A stretch of 63,655 nt of DNA, filler included, from Octopus bimaculoides (GCF_001194135.2; 4 parts of 4 records of this genome joined end to end with filler, not necessarily neighbours in it), one strand, 5' to 3'. Shown: positions 37,260-51,557, numbered from the whole stretch's first letter. Made by a program: numbers and translations. Notes: generated by a model not told the origin, from the sequence alone.

Positions 37260-38350
37260 ACTTGTCTCATTCAAAATAGTTCCCCACCACTGTTGATATA
37301 CCACTCCTCAAATTTTTTTTCCAATTTTGGAATGTGTTCTGGAATATGCTTTCAGTGGTAGTGTGCAGCGAAGAGTGAATTTTTTCTTGATTTTTTCTGT
37401 TACCTGGAGTCAATGACCTTTCAGGGCTAATTTCAACTTTGTGAACAAAAATGGTCATAGAAGCCAAGTCCAGAGAAGAGGAATGCAGAGAAGTGCCTCA
37501 TGCTTTGCCTAAATGTCACAGATAGAGAATAATGCATGATCAAGTGTGCCGTTGTAATGTAACCTGTTTTGTTTGTCCATGTCTCAGGCCTCTTCCTTCC
37601 CACTGCCTCTCTCAAAAATCTCAAAACATCCAGTTAAAATTCTTTATTAATTGTACAACTGCAAGGAACAAATTCATGAATAACATCCTTAGGACCAAAA
37701 CCAGTTTCATATTTGAATGGCTCGGAACAGCAATAATTGAAGCTATTGTGACAATTGCCTCTTCGTTTCATCATCATAACCCTACACCCATATTTCTTCT
37801 CTTTATGACACTTTACAGAAAGTTTTCTCCGACATAAAAAAAAACAAAGAAACAGCTCCTGAGTGACTGTAACACGGTTCTCTTTTTGTTCATTTGTCAG
37901 CAAAAGCAACACAAAATTTTGCAACATCATGCATATTCAGTTTTTCTTTTCAAAATCATACGACACAAACCTTTACAGATGCCTACTTCTTTGGAAACTT
38001 CACTGACAATTGGGTGACAATTTTCATGGGTCACAGCACATGCTTTCACAGTGTGGTTGTTGTCTGTTGTTATATAACTTCATTCAGGTTTGAGATTATC
38101 TTCTACTCATGACATTGTATATGTCTCACACAACGCTCCACCCAGGGCCGTCATAACATTGTATATGTCTCACACAACGCTCTTCCCAGAGCCGTCATAA
38201 CATTAGAAAAGTCTTAGTTAAAGGTTTTCACAATTTGAAACAGTATTTTGCACAAAAACATTGCTCTTCTAAACCTTTTATTGTTCACCTTAAACTGCCA
38301 AGCACACTAAGCCTACATTCACTGTAATACATGTAGGTCAGTGACTAACT
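37260..38350 (-). mobile_element. Decayed mariner (irritans/Hsmar2-like)
   Basis: LREAVGRKRPETW..., ELFLCFFLCRRKLSVKCH; frameshifted; contains a ~45-bp tandem duplication at about 38112-38203. Confidence 0.7.
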
Positions 38351-40232
38351 AATGTGGTGTGCATTGGCTATGATTAAACAAAAGGTGAAGGTCATTCATA
38401 TACATCATTGCAGTTTCAAGGATGCTACACTGGCTAGTTAGTGTACTGGTTTAAAAGTTTGATTTCTTTTACAGACAATATGCTATACATAGATTTTTTT
38501 TTTGTCTTCTCTTGTCTCGGTTCAAACTCTGCTATGGATCAGCTTTATTTATCTTCCCTTTTGAATCAATTAAATGGTGTTTATACTCCAAGCGTTATTT
38601 TAATTTTTGGTTGGGCAGTTTAGAGGACTGAGTAGTAACTTTTACTCCTAGATTACATCTTACTTTTGAAATAACTGAAATTAGCCATAGTTATTAAAAA
38701 CGCTTCTTTTAAATTTTTTTTTAGCATTTTTAAGACTAAAACTTCATATGAATTATTATTTTAGGTTGAAGTTTCTATAAAAGATAAATTATTAAATTTA
38801 TTTATGCATCTTGGTCCAAGTTGTACACATCCATGGAATGAATTTTCACTCTACAGCTACTCCTATTTTGAATCATTTTTATATTTGAAAATCTTCCTTT
38901 TTTATATTTATTTCTTTTATTATGTACATGAAGATTCACACTTGACTGCAATACATATTTTTTGAAGTTAGTTTACAGGTATATTCCTGGCCTGATGTAA
39001 ATTTTCCTTAATAAACTTACAGTTGTCGTCTTATTTGAAATATTTAGGCATGCATTGTTCTTCATTTTGCGAACTAGTAGAGAATTGTTTTGATGCATTT
39101 TGCTCAGGAATGAATTTTTCAAAATGTCTACCAAATACCAATATGGTCTAATGTTTTTCAAAGTTCATTTATCTGATAGAAACCGGATTTCTTACCATCA
39201 GTTAGTTCTCTGTGACATTTTTATTCATCATATCATCATTACATCAATCGACTTCTTTGTGACTATTTTACCTAAATCAAACCTATAAAACGCATAGAAG
39301 TGTCAAGCCCCATCTCCATTATTTTCTTTTTGGCTTGATTTTTTTTTTTTTGGTGGTGGTGGTGGTGGTGGGGGTGCATTTCAAATATTATTTCTGATTT
39401 CTCTACAGTAATTTTTAGACAAATTAATTTAATAAGAGACCAGTGAAACCATATAGCTCATAATGTATTTTTGCAATGTCATTTTTACAAAGTTGTTAGT
39501 GTGAGTTAGGAGTGAGATATCTTTAGGAATTGTAGTATTAGCTGATATGACTGGCATTATTTGAAAATACCTTAGTTGGAAATAATATTTGTATGCTTTG
39601 TTCATTATAGAGTGAGAAAAACAAACTCAATACTTAGTTGTCTCATTTATTGCACATGAGAAACTTTTTTATCTTGGGAGCTGTCTGAAAATGAAAGGTT
39701 AAAGGTGTGAGATTTATACTAAGTGAAGTGGTTAAAAGTTGGCTTAAATGAGCTTTATACCCTGTACCTTTGTTTATATTTTGATAACCTTATTATTTGC
39801 TTGTCCTAAAGGCATTTTTTTTCTCAAAATTATATCCAAAAGCTGAGAAAGTTTTTATAGAGAGAAAGAAACCCGGAGCTGTATGCATCATAACTTGCAT
39901 GTCAGCAACTAATTAACTTTAGTCAGTATCTTTTCTAATGAGCTGTCACTCTGCATCCTAATTGCATTGCAAGCTCACTTCTTCGTTTGTGTTTTTTAGT
40001 CTCGTGCTCTCACTATTTCTTACTTTTGGAATGTGTTGTCATTCTTTTGTTGTAGCCCAAACATCTGTGGTATGCTCCAGGCCTGAGGCCAGGGGCAGAT
40101 AAGGTACTCCATTGCCTTACCAGGTGTGGCTATTACAGCAATGCCTTGTGTGCACAATCACATTCACTTAGCCATTTTCAGGTGAGTTTAATAACATTCT
40201 TTTTAAATAAGCCAAATTATATCATCATCAGT

Positions 40233-40254
<22 letters not shown>

Positions 40255-40264
<10 letters not shown>

Positions 40265-41180
40265 TATTAAGATTCCACCAAGTTTGACTTTGCCTGTCAT
40301 TCTTTCGGGGTCAATAAAATAAGTACCAGTTAAACACTGGGGTAGACGTAATCGACTCGTCCTCTCCCCCAAAATTTCTGTCCCTGTGGCAAAATTTGAA
40401 ATCATTATTATTATCATTATTATTATTATTATTAAGGCAGCAAGTTGGCAGAACCATTAGCATGCCAAGTGAAATGCTTAGCAGCATTTCATCTGTCCTT
40501 AGGTTCTGAGTTCAAATTCCACTGAGTTCAAATTCCACTGAGGTCAACTTTGCCTTTCATCATTTCAAGGTCAATAGATTAAGTACCAGTGAAACACTGG
40601 GGTTGATGTAATCGACTAGTACCCTCCCCCAAAATTTCAGGCCTTGTGCCTTTAGTAGAAAGAATTATCATTAAGGGTGGTGGATTGGTGGAATCTGTAG
40701 AGTATCAGACAAAAATGCTTATGGTATTTAGTTACAATTCCTTACATTCTGAGTTCAAATACCATTGGGGTCAATTTTACTTTTTATCTTTCTGCAATTG
40801 ATAAAATTGAGTACCAGTAACATACTGGTGTTGATGGTATTGACCTACACCCCTGTCCCTGTAAAACTGCTGGCCTTGTGCCAAAATTAGAAATAATTTT
40901 TGAGTAGCCAGTTGGCAGAATTGTTAGTGCATCAGACAAGGATTTGCAATATCTCTTCCAGCTCTTTTTGTTCTGAGTTCAAATTCTATCAAGGTCAACT
41001 TTGCTTTCCATCCTTTCAGGCTAGATAAAATAAAGTACCAGTCATGTACGAGTGTCAATGTAATTGACTTACATCTTTTCCCATAAAATTACTGGCCTTG
41101 CTCCAAAATTCAAAACATTATTAAGGATGGTGGATTGGCAGAACCAGTAACATCTCAGATAAAAATGCATTCTTCATCCA
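40255..41180 (+). mobile_element. Head-to-tail array of ~5 diverged SINE type 2 copies separated by short (ATT)-like tracts
   Basis: Units start near 40255 (5'-truncated), 40436, 40672, 40900, 41122; period ~230 bp. Confidence 0.75.
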
Positions 41181-42084
41181 GTTTCACTTGCAAAATATTT
41201 AGCTTTTTGCCTCTTTTACTTGTTTCAGTCATTTGACTGAGGCCATACTGGAGCACCGCCTTTAGTCGAGCAAATCGACCCCAGGACTTATTCTTTGTAA
41301 GCCTAGTATTTATTCTATCGTTCTCTTTTTGCCGAACTGCTAAGTTACGAGGACGTAAACACACCAGCATCGGTTGTCAAGTGATGGTGGGGGGACAAAC
41401 ACACACACACAAATACACATATACATATATACGATGGGCTTCTTTCAGTTTCCGTCTACCAAATCCACTCACAANNNNNNNNNNNNNNNNNNNNNNNNNN
41501 NNNNNNNNNNNNNNNNNNTTAATTAATTAANNNNNNNNNNNNNNNNNNNNNNNNNNNNNNNNNNNNNNNNNNNNCATACATATAATTATATATATATACA
41601 TATAATTTTATATATATATAATCATATATATATATATATATCTGTATGTATGTTTGTATGTAAGTATGTATGTATAATCCAGTACCATCTTCTCTCACTC
41701 TTTCGCTCCCTCACATACGCACACTCCCTTTCTCGCTCCCCCTCTTTCTGTTCCCCTTTTTCTCTACCCCCCCCTTTCTTTCGAACTCTTCTTGACGTTG
41801 TTTTTATTTTTTTATTTTTTTTCTTTCTTTCTATATTACAAACACAGAGGACCAGGTTGAATCAAAATGAACAGAATTTGATTTCGATGCCCACAAGTGT
41901 ATTGTCGATACATGTATGTGTAAACCGTTTATTACGATATTTAAGCAAATACATGCATATATACACACACTTCTATACGTACATATAGACAGACATACAT
42001 AGATATATGCATACAAACATATATACGCATTCACAAACCCATACATACTATATATCTATATATATATAAATATTAAGATATATC

Positions 42085-42129
<45 letters not shown>

Positions 42130-42679
42130 TGTAGTATATATGTATGTATGCATGTATATACGTATATGTGTATAAGTATGTATATATGTGTGAGTGTAGA
42201 TTTTTGAGTGTCCTTAAAGTCATTGTGCAGTTGGAATCGTCAATAATTTCTTTTCTAAACAAGCTGTAAAAAAATTGGAAGAACGGATTCAAATGTCATT
42301 AAAGCTCTTAAGCTTATCAAAGAGATTTTGTATGCACAAAGTCTTTATGGGCATTCAATGTACAGTATGTCTTTTCGCATGTGTGCGTAGGTTCATGCAC
42401 ATGTACCTCGGTATGTGAGTTTTGTATCTGTATATATATATATAAATATATATATGTAAGTGCATGTGTGTGTGTGTGCACATACCGGTTTTGTGATTGC
42501 AAAAAAACAGACATGTACACACTAACACATGCACAGAAACACACACACACAAGCTCACACACACATACATACATACATATACATGCACATGGATTTTCGC
42601 ACACAAGTAAACAAACAAACACGCACGATTGTATGAGATGCTTTTATTCTGTTGTAATCTCATAATCCACTACATATAC

Positions 42680-42714
<35 letters not shown>

Positions 42715-44255
42715 NNNNNNNNNNNNNNNNNNNNNNNNNNNNNNNNNNNNNNNNNNNNNNNNNNNNNNNNNNNNNNNNNNNNNNNNNNNNNNNNNNNNNN
42801 NNNNNNNNNNNNNNNNNNNNNNNNNNNNNNNNNNNNNNNNNNNNNNNNNNNNNNNNNNNNNNNNNNNNNNNNNNNNNNNNNNNNNNNNNNNNNNNNNNNN
42901 NNNNNNNNNNNNNNNNNNNNNNNNNNNNNNNNNNNNNNNNNNNNNNNNNNNNNNNNNNNNNNNNNNNNNNNNNNNNNNNNNNNNNNNNNNNNNNNNNNNN
43001 NNNNNNNNNNNNNNNNNNNNNNNNNNNNNNNNNNNNNNNNNNNNNNNNNNNNNNNNNNNNNNNNNNNNNNNNNNNNNNNNNNNNNNNNNNNNNNNNNNNN
43101 NNNNNNNNNNNNNNNNNNNNNNNNNNNNNNNNNNNNNNNNNNNNNNNNNNNNNNNNNNNNNNNNNNNNNNNNNNNNNNNNNNNNNNNNNNNNNNNNNNNN
43201 NNNATATATATATATATAACTTGGTGTTATTCTGGTTTATTTAAGTCAAACTATTGCCTAAACTTCAACCTCTGCCCAAACCCTAAACAAAACCCTTAAC
43301 CGAACCCTATTTTGTATTATCATTTTTAGTGTTAGTTTTACTTTTTTTAAATTCTTCTACTAGTTGACGGTTCGTAATTTATCACTTCATCATCACATAA
43401 GTTTTTTTTTTCGCTGTTGTTTCGTTTACTGTTCTTATCACTTGGAATGCTATATGTCCGTGTCGTGGATTATAAAGTTTGCTTCTTGCCGTATTGTAGT
43501 TGCTACTGCTTGCTTCTCTTCAAATTGATATTTTGTTCCATGTCCATTGCTAACTTCTTTATTTCTATTAAATATAAATTTACACAATTCGATAATATAC
43601 ATATCGTATTTATTTGAATACGAAACTAAACATGGTATCGCCTGCATTACCTGTGGCCCCTATAAATGTAAAGTCAAGAGAAAATATTTAGGAAACGAGA
43701 GTTTCCGTTACTTTTTCAGCCATGTTTCGTTGTATCTCTCTCCTTTCTCTTTTATATCGCCACATTCTATTTCGATTTCTCAATTTTTTCGACACAACAC
43801 TTCAATCTGTCTCTCTCTCCCTCTTTCTTTCCCTCACACACACACATACACACATTCGTTTCCTTTCTCTTTCCCTTTTTTCTCTCTCTCACTCTGTTTC
43901 ATCATCTCTACATATTCTTCTGTTTTCCCATTATGTACATGTTTCCTTGGTAACTATTCAACCTCATAGTAGAAGCCAAACCAAATTATTTATAGGATTT
44001 TTTCTACATGTAAAAAGCATCAAGCCATCGGTAGACTTGGCAAGACTGATGTTTGCTGATGAGGTCTAATACATCGAAACATCTAATACATCGAAACATA
44101 GCTACAGTTACTGTCCTTTGTTAGAAATTGCTGCTAGGTTCCAGAGAATATGTAGGATAAAATCATAATTAATTGATTCTCCTGTATTTCCTTCTACCCA
44201 AAGCCAAGAACTTTTCAGCACCCCTCGTATATATTCATATCTATCTATCTATCTG

Positions 44256-44287
<32 letters not shown>

Positions 44288-44307
44288 CCTTGCTCTTTCT
44301 CTCTCTC

Positions 44308-44394
<87 letters not shown>

Positions 44395-44589
44395 GTGTAT
44401 GTGGGGTGTGCATAAATATATGTATGAACATTTACATACATATACATGTGTGTGTGTGTGTGTGTGAAGAATAATTTTATGGGCATATTATTACTAAGAC
44501 AGCAAGAATGAAAAGTCAAACAATCAAGATGAACTCCGTTAACATTTAGAACACGAAACCAAAAAGTCACGCTGACATTGTGAAAGACA

Positions 44590-44900
44590 TTTGTTAGTGG
44601 TCTTGATTATTGCTTCCAGGTAGGACGGCCGTTATAATGCCAGGAACGTTAATGAATTGGAAAAAATCCAAAGATTCATCACAAAGAAAACGATTTCTAT
44701 GCAGCAACTGAACTGCTGGGCAAGCTTGGATGCTTTAAGAGTCCTCTCTGTGAAGCGAGGAAATAAAAGATATGGAGAATTATATATAGAAGACCTTATC
44801 AGCATTACCACTTTGACATCGAAAATTATATAAATCCAAGTATTAGATGGCACTGTAAATTAGCTAAACTTCTGTGGTCTGTCGCGGAGTTAGAACCAGT
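44590..44900 (+). mobile_element. Decayed CR1-like LINE 3' coding fragment
   Basis: NVNELEKIQRFITKK...LNCWASLDALRVLSVKRGNKRY resembles LE.VQR.FTK...Y..RL..L.LYSL.RRR.RY. Confidence 0.55.
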
Positions 44901-45501
44901 TAGAACCGGATACAGTACAGTAATAACTTTGTGTTTAAAGAATCACAATTTTTCATAAATTTCTGCGAAACATAATAGATTTACATGGTGTGCATACACA
45001 GCAATATTTTAAAATAATAATTAGGTAATTTATTATACGTGGTTTCGGAGTTCCGTAGGAATGTACATCTGAACAAGGGATAAACATACGGGAAGGGTAT
45101 CGAGAAAGATATCTACAAATGTCAAATATAAATGGGCATACATAGGAATATATATATATAGTTGGAGGCCCAAACTTATGAGTTTTTTGACAGGGCTTAG
45201 AAAACTGCAATAAGTGTGTGAATCTGAGCGAGGAATATGTTGAGTAAAATCACAATTAACTGATCCTCCTGTATTTTCTTTAACCTAAAGCCAGGAACCA
45301 ATCGTATGTATACATACATACATACATACATACATACATACATACCTATATATATATATANNNNNNNNNNNNNNNNNNNNNNNNNNNNNNNNNNNNNNNN
45401 NNNNNNNNNNNNNNNNNNNNNNNNNNNNNNNNNNNNNNNNNNNNNNNNNNNNNNNNNNNNNNNNNNNNNNNNNNNNNNNNNNNNNNNNNNNNNNNNNNNN
45501 N

Positions 45502-45553
<52 letters not shown>

Positions 45554-46397
45554 TGTATGATATTAAGTTACTCGATGTTTAGTTACTCAGCACGTTAAAT
45601 TATATTGAAAACAGAGAAAAATGGAATGAAACATTTATAAGAACAGAATTTTCAAATGTCCAACCGGTTTCACTTTTTTAATTATTCCCATGGTTTTGTA
45701 ATTAAATCTTGTTAAAACGTTCATAAGTTGAAGTTGTTAACTGTTACACTGAGGTTGATCAATAAAATATTCAACGGTCTTTAATTAGCAAATATGATAA
45801 ATATAATTGATTAAATCTCAACTCATTGAATATTTATACATATTAAATGACGCTGATATTTTACAGTGAATGCAATCTCTGCTTCGTCTCTTTTACTACA
45901 TTCGCTTCTTTAAGAACGTTACATTTTCTCCAATGTAATTCTCTGCGCATCCTGAACATGTCATTACATAAATTAGATTTCTTGACTCACAGGTAAATCT
46001 CACTCTTTACATAATAAATTCGTCCTTTGAACTATTTAAAATATATTCTTCCATTGGAGCATCGACAATGGTTAACTGTTGGTTCCGTTGTCATTCGATA
46101 TAATTTGGAGCTTGTTAAGATTCTCGGAAATCCACCTTTGTGTATAATATGTGCTCGTAGAAACCAGTTTTCCAGTATCGGAACCTTCTGAAGAATATTA
46201 TTATTAAAGTTTCAATGTTTCTAGGATTGTAGTTATAGACATACGTTAGCATTTTCAATTCGCGTACTGATTTGCTTTGTTCATTATTTTTACTTATTAA
46301 AAACAGCAGTTGTTTTGGATCGTTGTATCCTATCTTCTGTTAAGAATAGTGGATTATATCTGTCATGGAGCATGTCTTTCACTTCTTGAAGTGGAAT

Positions 46398-46454
<57 letters not shown>

Positions 46455-47105
46455 CACACATACACACACACACGTGCACTTATCTCACCGGTTTTGAGTT
46501 CCTCGTAATGGTAACAACAGCATTATCATCACTACCACTACTACTGCTGCTGCTGCCACCACTACCACCACTGATACATCCATACCCAACACAGCCCCTT
46601 GTTTACCCCCACTCCTACCCTTCCCCCCACCACCACTGTGATATATCAGTCAATAAATCAATCAGTATGTAATTGGAACATAGAACAGACCGAGAAAAAC
46701 AATTTCCGGTATGTATGTATATATACATACACATTATATATATATATATATATGTATGTTTGTACTATGTGTGTGTGTGTGAGTGCGTGCGTGCGTGTGT
46801 GTGTGTGTCTGGATATAAATTACAATTCTAATCCATAATTGGATCACGTTTGGATCGTCTCTGTATGTAATTTCATCCCGATACTCCATCGCATCCTTCC
46901 CNNNNNNNNNNNNNNNNNNNNNNNNNNNNNNNNNNNNNNNNNNNNTTAATTAATTAANNNNNNNNNNNNNNNNNNNNNNNNNNNNNNNNNNNNNNNNNNN
47001 NACACGCACACATGCGTACACATGCGTACATACAAACATGCGTACACTCACACGCGGATGTATGTGTGCGTGCATGTGTGTGTGTGTGTGTGCGTGTGCG
47101 TGTGC

Positions 47106-47144
<39 letters not shown>

Positions 47145-48614
47145 CATATTTACATACATCTATTCGTACATACACACACACGTAAGGACTATCAAAGGTA
47201 GAACAAGTAGTTATGGTGAATTGAGCAGAGTTATCGATAAGTAATAAATAATACTTTAGACAAGATTTTTTTAATTATATACCTTTCTTCTCTTTTTTAA
47301 ATATTACACAGCCTGCTGTTGGTCTTAATTTTACTTTAATCTTAATATTCTCATCGAAAGCAAACTCCTCTTTAATTGAATAATACAACTCTTTAATATA
47401 TTACAAATTGCTTTTAGTAACAACTGGTATATATTATAAACATGCATTTTATTGATTTACAACTAACATGTAATAAGACAACGTTTCGTTTTCAAATATG
47501 CACGATTTATATTTATTTATTTTTCATACTACTTGCAAAGAATTTTAATCTTTGCACGAAAACCAAGAGATACTATTCTACGAAATATATTGAATTCCAA
47601 GCTGCTGGCGTTTTATTGAAATTTTCTTTTTTTTTTTTTTTCATAAGTATACATCTATACATGTATTTTCCACTAAACGTAGTTTTCTGTGTTATCTTGT
47701 TTGAAGTGATATATGTCACGGCTATCATAGTACCGAATACCCATGTATCCGAGTTGTACTCCTCGCCGTCGTCGTTGTTATATACCGTACGCCTGCAGCG
47801 CATTGATGACACTGTAACAAAAGTCTCCCCGAATAAGCGAGAATTTTCCAGACTTCTGCTTCTTCAAATATGGCCGTAATAAATGAGATCTTTTTGTTTT
47901 TGTTTTTGTTTTTTCCTACAATGTTGTTGTTTTTCACCTACACATTTGTTTGTGCGATGATCCTTGACTAGGCATACGTACAAAAAATTGTACCTATTCT
48001 TTGTCAAATTACGTTTTCCTCTCGTAGATTTTCAGGGTTCAAATTTTAGAAAATATTTGTTTCAAATATTGGTACAAGTTCAGCAAATTCGTGGGGGAAG
48101 GGCTTGTCGATTATATCGACTCCAGTGCTCAACTGGTGCTTGTTTTATCGACTCCGGCAGCATTTCAACTTAGAACATAAAGAGGGACAAAATGGCGTTA
48201 AGCATTTTTGCCTGGTGCAATAACGATTCCGCCAGCTCGAAAACACCACCGCTTACTTATTTAAATTTGCAGACAGAATAACTTCAGACTGTAATTTTAT
48301 ATTGATATTGCTTCTCTTGTTTTATTTGTATCTGAAATTAATTAACGCGTTAATGAATTTAATTGATTCCTTTTATTTCTAGCGTTTTAATTTATTTATA
48401 GGTATGGCTGTGTAATGTAGGAAGTTCGTTTTGTATCCACGTGGCTTTGGATTCAGTTGCCATGCGTAATACCTTGGACAAATGTCTTCTGTTATAGCCC
48501 CGGTTCAGCCAATGCTTTGCGAATGAATGTAGTTGACGGAGGCTGTGTAGCTGCCTGTTATGTATGTATCTATCTATATTTATATCTTTCTTTCTATATC
48601 TGTCTATCTATCTA

Positions 48615-48686
<72 letters not shown>

Positions 48687-49699
48687 NNNNNNNNNNCACA
48701 CATTTTTAAAATTTAGGTGTTTTTAAAGATAATTTGCTTAAGCAAATAATCAAAACCGTCATAAGTGTTGTCTTGAAGATTAAGCATAAACGATAAAGTT
48801 ATCATGTCTTTAGTTATCTTTGGTTGTTAGATTGTTAAAACATTTGATATGTAGAAGCTACTACGCAATATTTCCCGCAAAACAGTAATTCACGTTGGTC
48901 TAATTGTTTTTCTTTCACCAACGATTAACTTGTTTTTCTTGTTTCATATGGAATATACCCCAGTAAGTTTATTTTTCGAATTTGTTCATATGAATATTGT
49001 ATAAATATTTATTACAGAACAAAATTTGTGGTACTCTTCTTTTTAAAAATGGCAGATTTTTTTTATCTGAATGATGTTATAGATTTTTACTTTCCTATAA
49101 TTAAAATGAATTTATTTCAAACTAAATAAACATCTTTATATTTTCATTATTATACTAAGGGTGAGCTTGACCGGGCGAAATGCTTAGCGGTATTTCGTCT
49201 GTCGTTACGTTCTGAGTTCAAATTCTGCCGAGGTCGACTTTGCCTTTCATCCTTTCGGGGTCGATAAACTAGGTACCAGTTGCGTACTGGGGTCGATCTA
49301 ATCCTCTGGCCACTTTCCCCAAAATTTCAGGCTTTGTGCTTAGAGTAGAAAAAGACTGGCCATTTTAAAAAATTAAACACAGGCACTATTTGATCTCCAC
49401 TACACGTTTTCACATCAATAGGATTGCAAAACAAATAAAATAAAGATATTTTTATTATTTATAAAACTCGACAGGGGTTACCAAGTGACCCAAGAGCCGA
49501 GAGCATTTGCACTTTCATGTGCGGAATTCGAACTCAGAACATAAAGAAAGACGAAATGCTGCTAAGCGCTTTATCCGACGTGCTAACTAACCGCCTCTTG
49601 CTGATCATCAATAATATAATATAATAGTGATATTAATATAATGTAATATATGATATAACATAATGCGGTATAATATAATATATAACATGATACGATATG

Positions 49700-51150
49700 C
49701 TATATGATATATGGTATAATATATGATATACATAAGAACGCAAGCTGACCCCTTCAGCAAAAATTTCAGTTGTCTCATCTGTATTCTCTGCTTGTCTAAA
49801 AGCATTAGCTCCTCGTTTGATAAACTTTTTTTTCTCTTGCACAGTAGCAGCCCAATCACATCATCTTCTATGACGTCTTCAAATCTTACATCTTTTGCAA
49901 GTGTCAAGATATCTTTTCAAGTTTGATGTAGGCTTTCTGCTTGAAGAAAACTTGTAATGTAGATACAGTCTAGCTCTATATTTTTACAAGCACTATTCAA
50001 AATTGAAGGTTTCATTTCATCCCATGACTCAGTTATATGATCCACAACATCCATTATATTCAGTTTCTTCTTGAAATCTCTAACTGTAGTTTTTTTCTTC
50101 TTCTCGCTGTTAATTGCTTTCATAAGAAATTTGAAAGTTCTTGTATAATATGCCTGAAGTTAGCTACCACACCTAGATCCATTGACTGGAGTAAAGGTGA
50201 ATTCTTGGGGATATATTCTACACTCACTTTATCAGAAATGTCATCTAAGTTCGCTGAGAGGTTTGGTGCATTGTCTAAAAGAAGAAATGCTTTGCTGAAA
50301 ATATATCTGGCAATGTACCCCTTTCTATTTGGCATTGTACCCCTTTCTATTGCAGGATGAAAATGTTTGTAAACCACTTTTTGAAAAGGTTTTTAGTCAC
50401 GAATACTTTCTTATTTGAATGTCATATCAAACCCTTGAAAGCCTTTGGTTGTTCGGAGTGATACACGTGGAGGGGGCTTTAATTTCATGCCACCAGAAGT
50501 GTCAGAAGATATTTGAAAGATTTAAATCCTGATGTTTATTTTTCTTCTCGAAAAATAAAAGTTCTAGCAGGTATGCACTTCGAGAAAAGCGCAGACTCAT
50601 CAATATTGAATACTTGCCTCTGTATGTAACCCATCCTACTCCTTCAATCATTTTCTTCGACCACTCAGGCTAATAAATAGCAATTTCTGTATCAGTGCTC
50701 ACAGTTTCACCTGTCATTTTTATAATTCATGCACTTCTTAAACCCTTTAAACCAGGATTTACTAGCTAAAAAGGGATTTTTATCACAAATTTCACCTCCC
50801 GTTTTCGCCAAGTCGTCATATATACGTTTGACTTCTTTTTATTAACATCATATTTATCGGGACATTTCACCGATTCTGATCCTCGACCCATACACTCAAA
50901 AGTCGTTCCATTTTAAGCGTTACAATAGGTCTATGGAAAAATATGGTCCGGTCAGTAGATTCTTGGGTACTTGACATTATGTTTTCTTTATTGGAACGTA
51001 TTGTTCCCACTTTGGATGCAACATGATTTAATGTTTTGGCAATTTAACTCAGTTTTACAAAATCTTTTTAAAACGTCAAGTTTAACATCCAGTGTAATCC
51101 TGTAACGGTCCCTTCTTCATATGTAGTTGATAGTTTCTTTCTAGACATCT
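49700..51150 (-). mobile_element. Decayed Tigger/pogo transposase (CENP-B HTH + DDE_1)
   Basis: KAFLLLDNAPN, VEYIPKNSPLLQSMDLGVVANF, FKKKLNIMDVVDHITESWDEMKPS. Confidence 0.85.
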
Positions 51151-51557
51151 TAAATTGAAGTCAGATTTAATAGCAGCGGCAATTAATTATGCACAACAAA
51201 TATGTAGTAAAAATAATTGGTCCAGGAAAGATTTACTTTGTGTGAGCAGAAAATGTCTTATTTCTATGGATGTAGCAATGAAAATGAGATGAAAAGATGA
51301 AGGATCGAAGAAGGGAGAATTCTATGTGATTACAGTTAGCTGAAGGATCGCTAGATTTTATAGGCAATTCGCACCTTACACTTCTGACTGAAGACATAAA
51401 NNNNNNNNNNNNNNNNNNNNNNNNNNNNNNNNNNNNNNNNNNNNNNNNNNNNNNNNNNNNNNNNNNNNNNNNNNNNNNNNNNNNNNNNNNNNNNNNNNNN
51501 NNNNNNNNNNNNNNNNNNNNNNNNNNNNNNNNNNNNNNNNNNNNNNNNNNNNNNNNN

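Noticed and set aside
43260-43310. aaccctaa-like telomeric motifs
   Set aside because: Only a few degenerate units; insufficient for an interstitial telomere or a Helitron call
44050-44110. CTGATGA...GAAA as another hammerhead
   Set aside because: Stems I and III do not pair; a 17-bp tandem duplication and an RT-like MFADE reading explain it equally well
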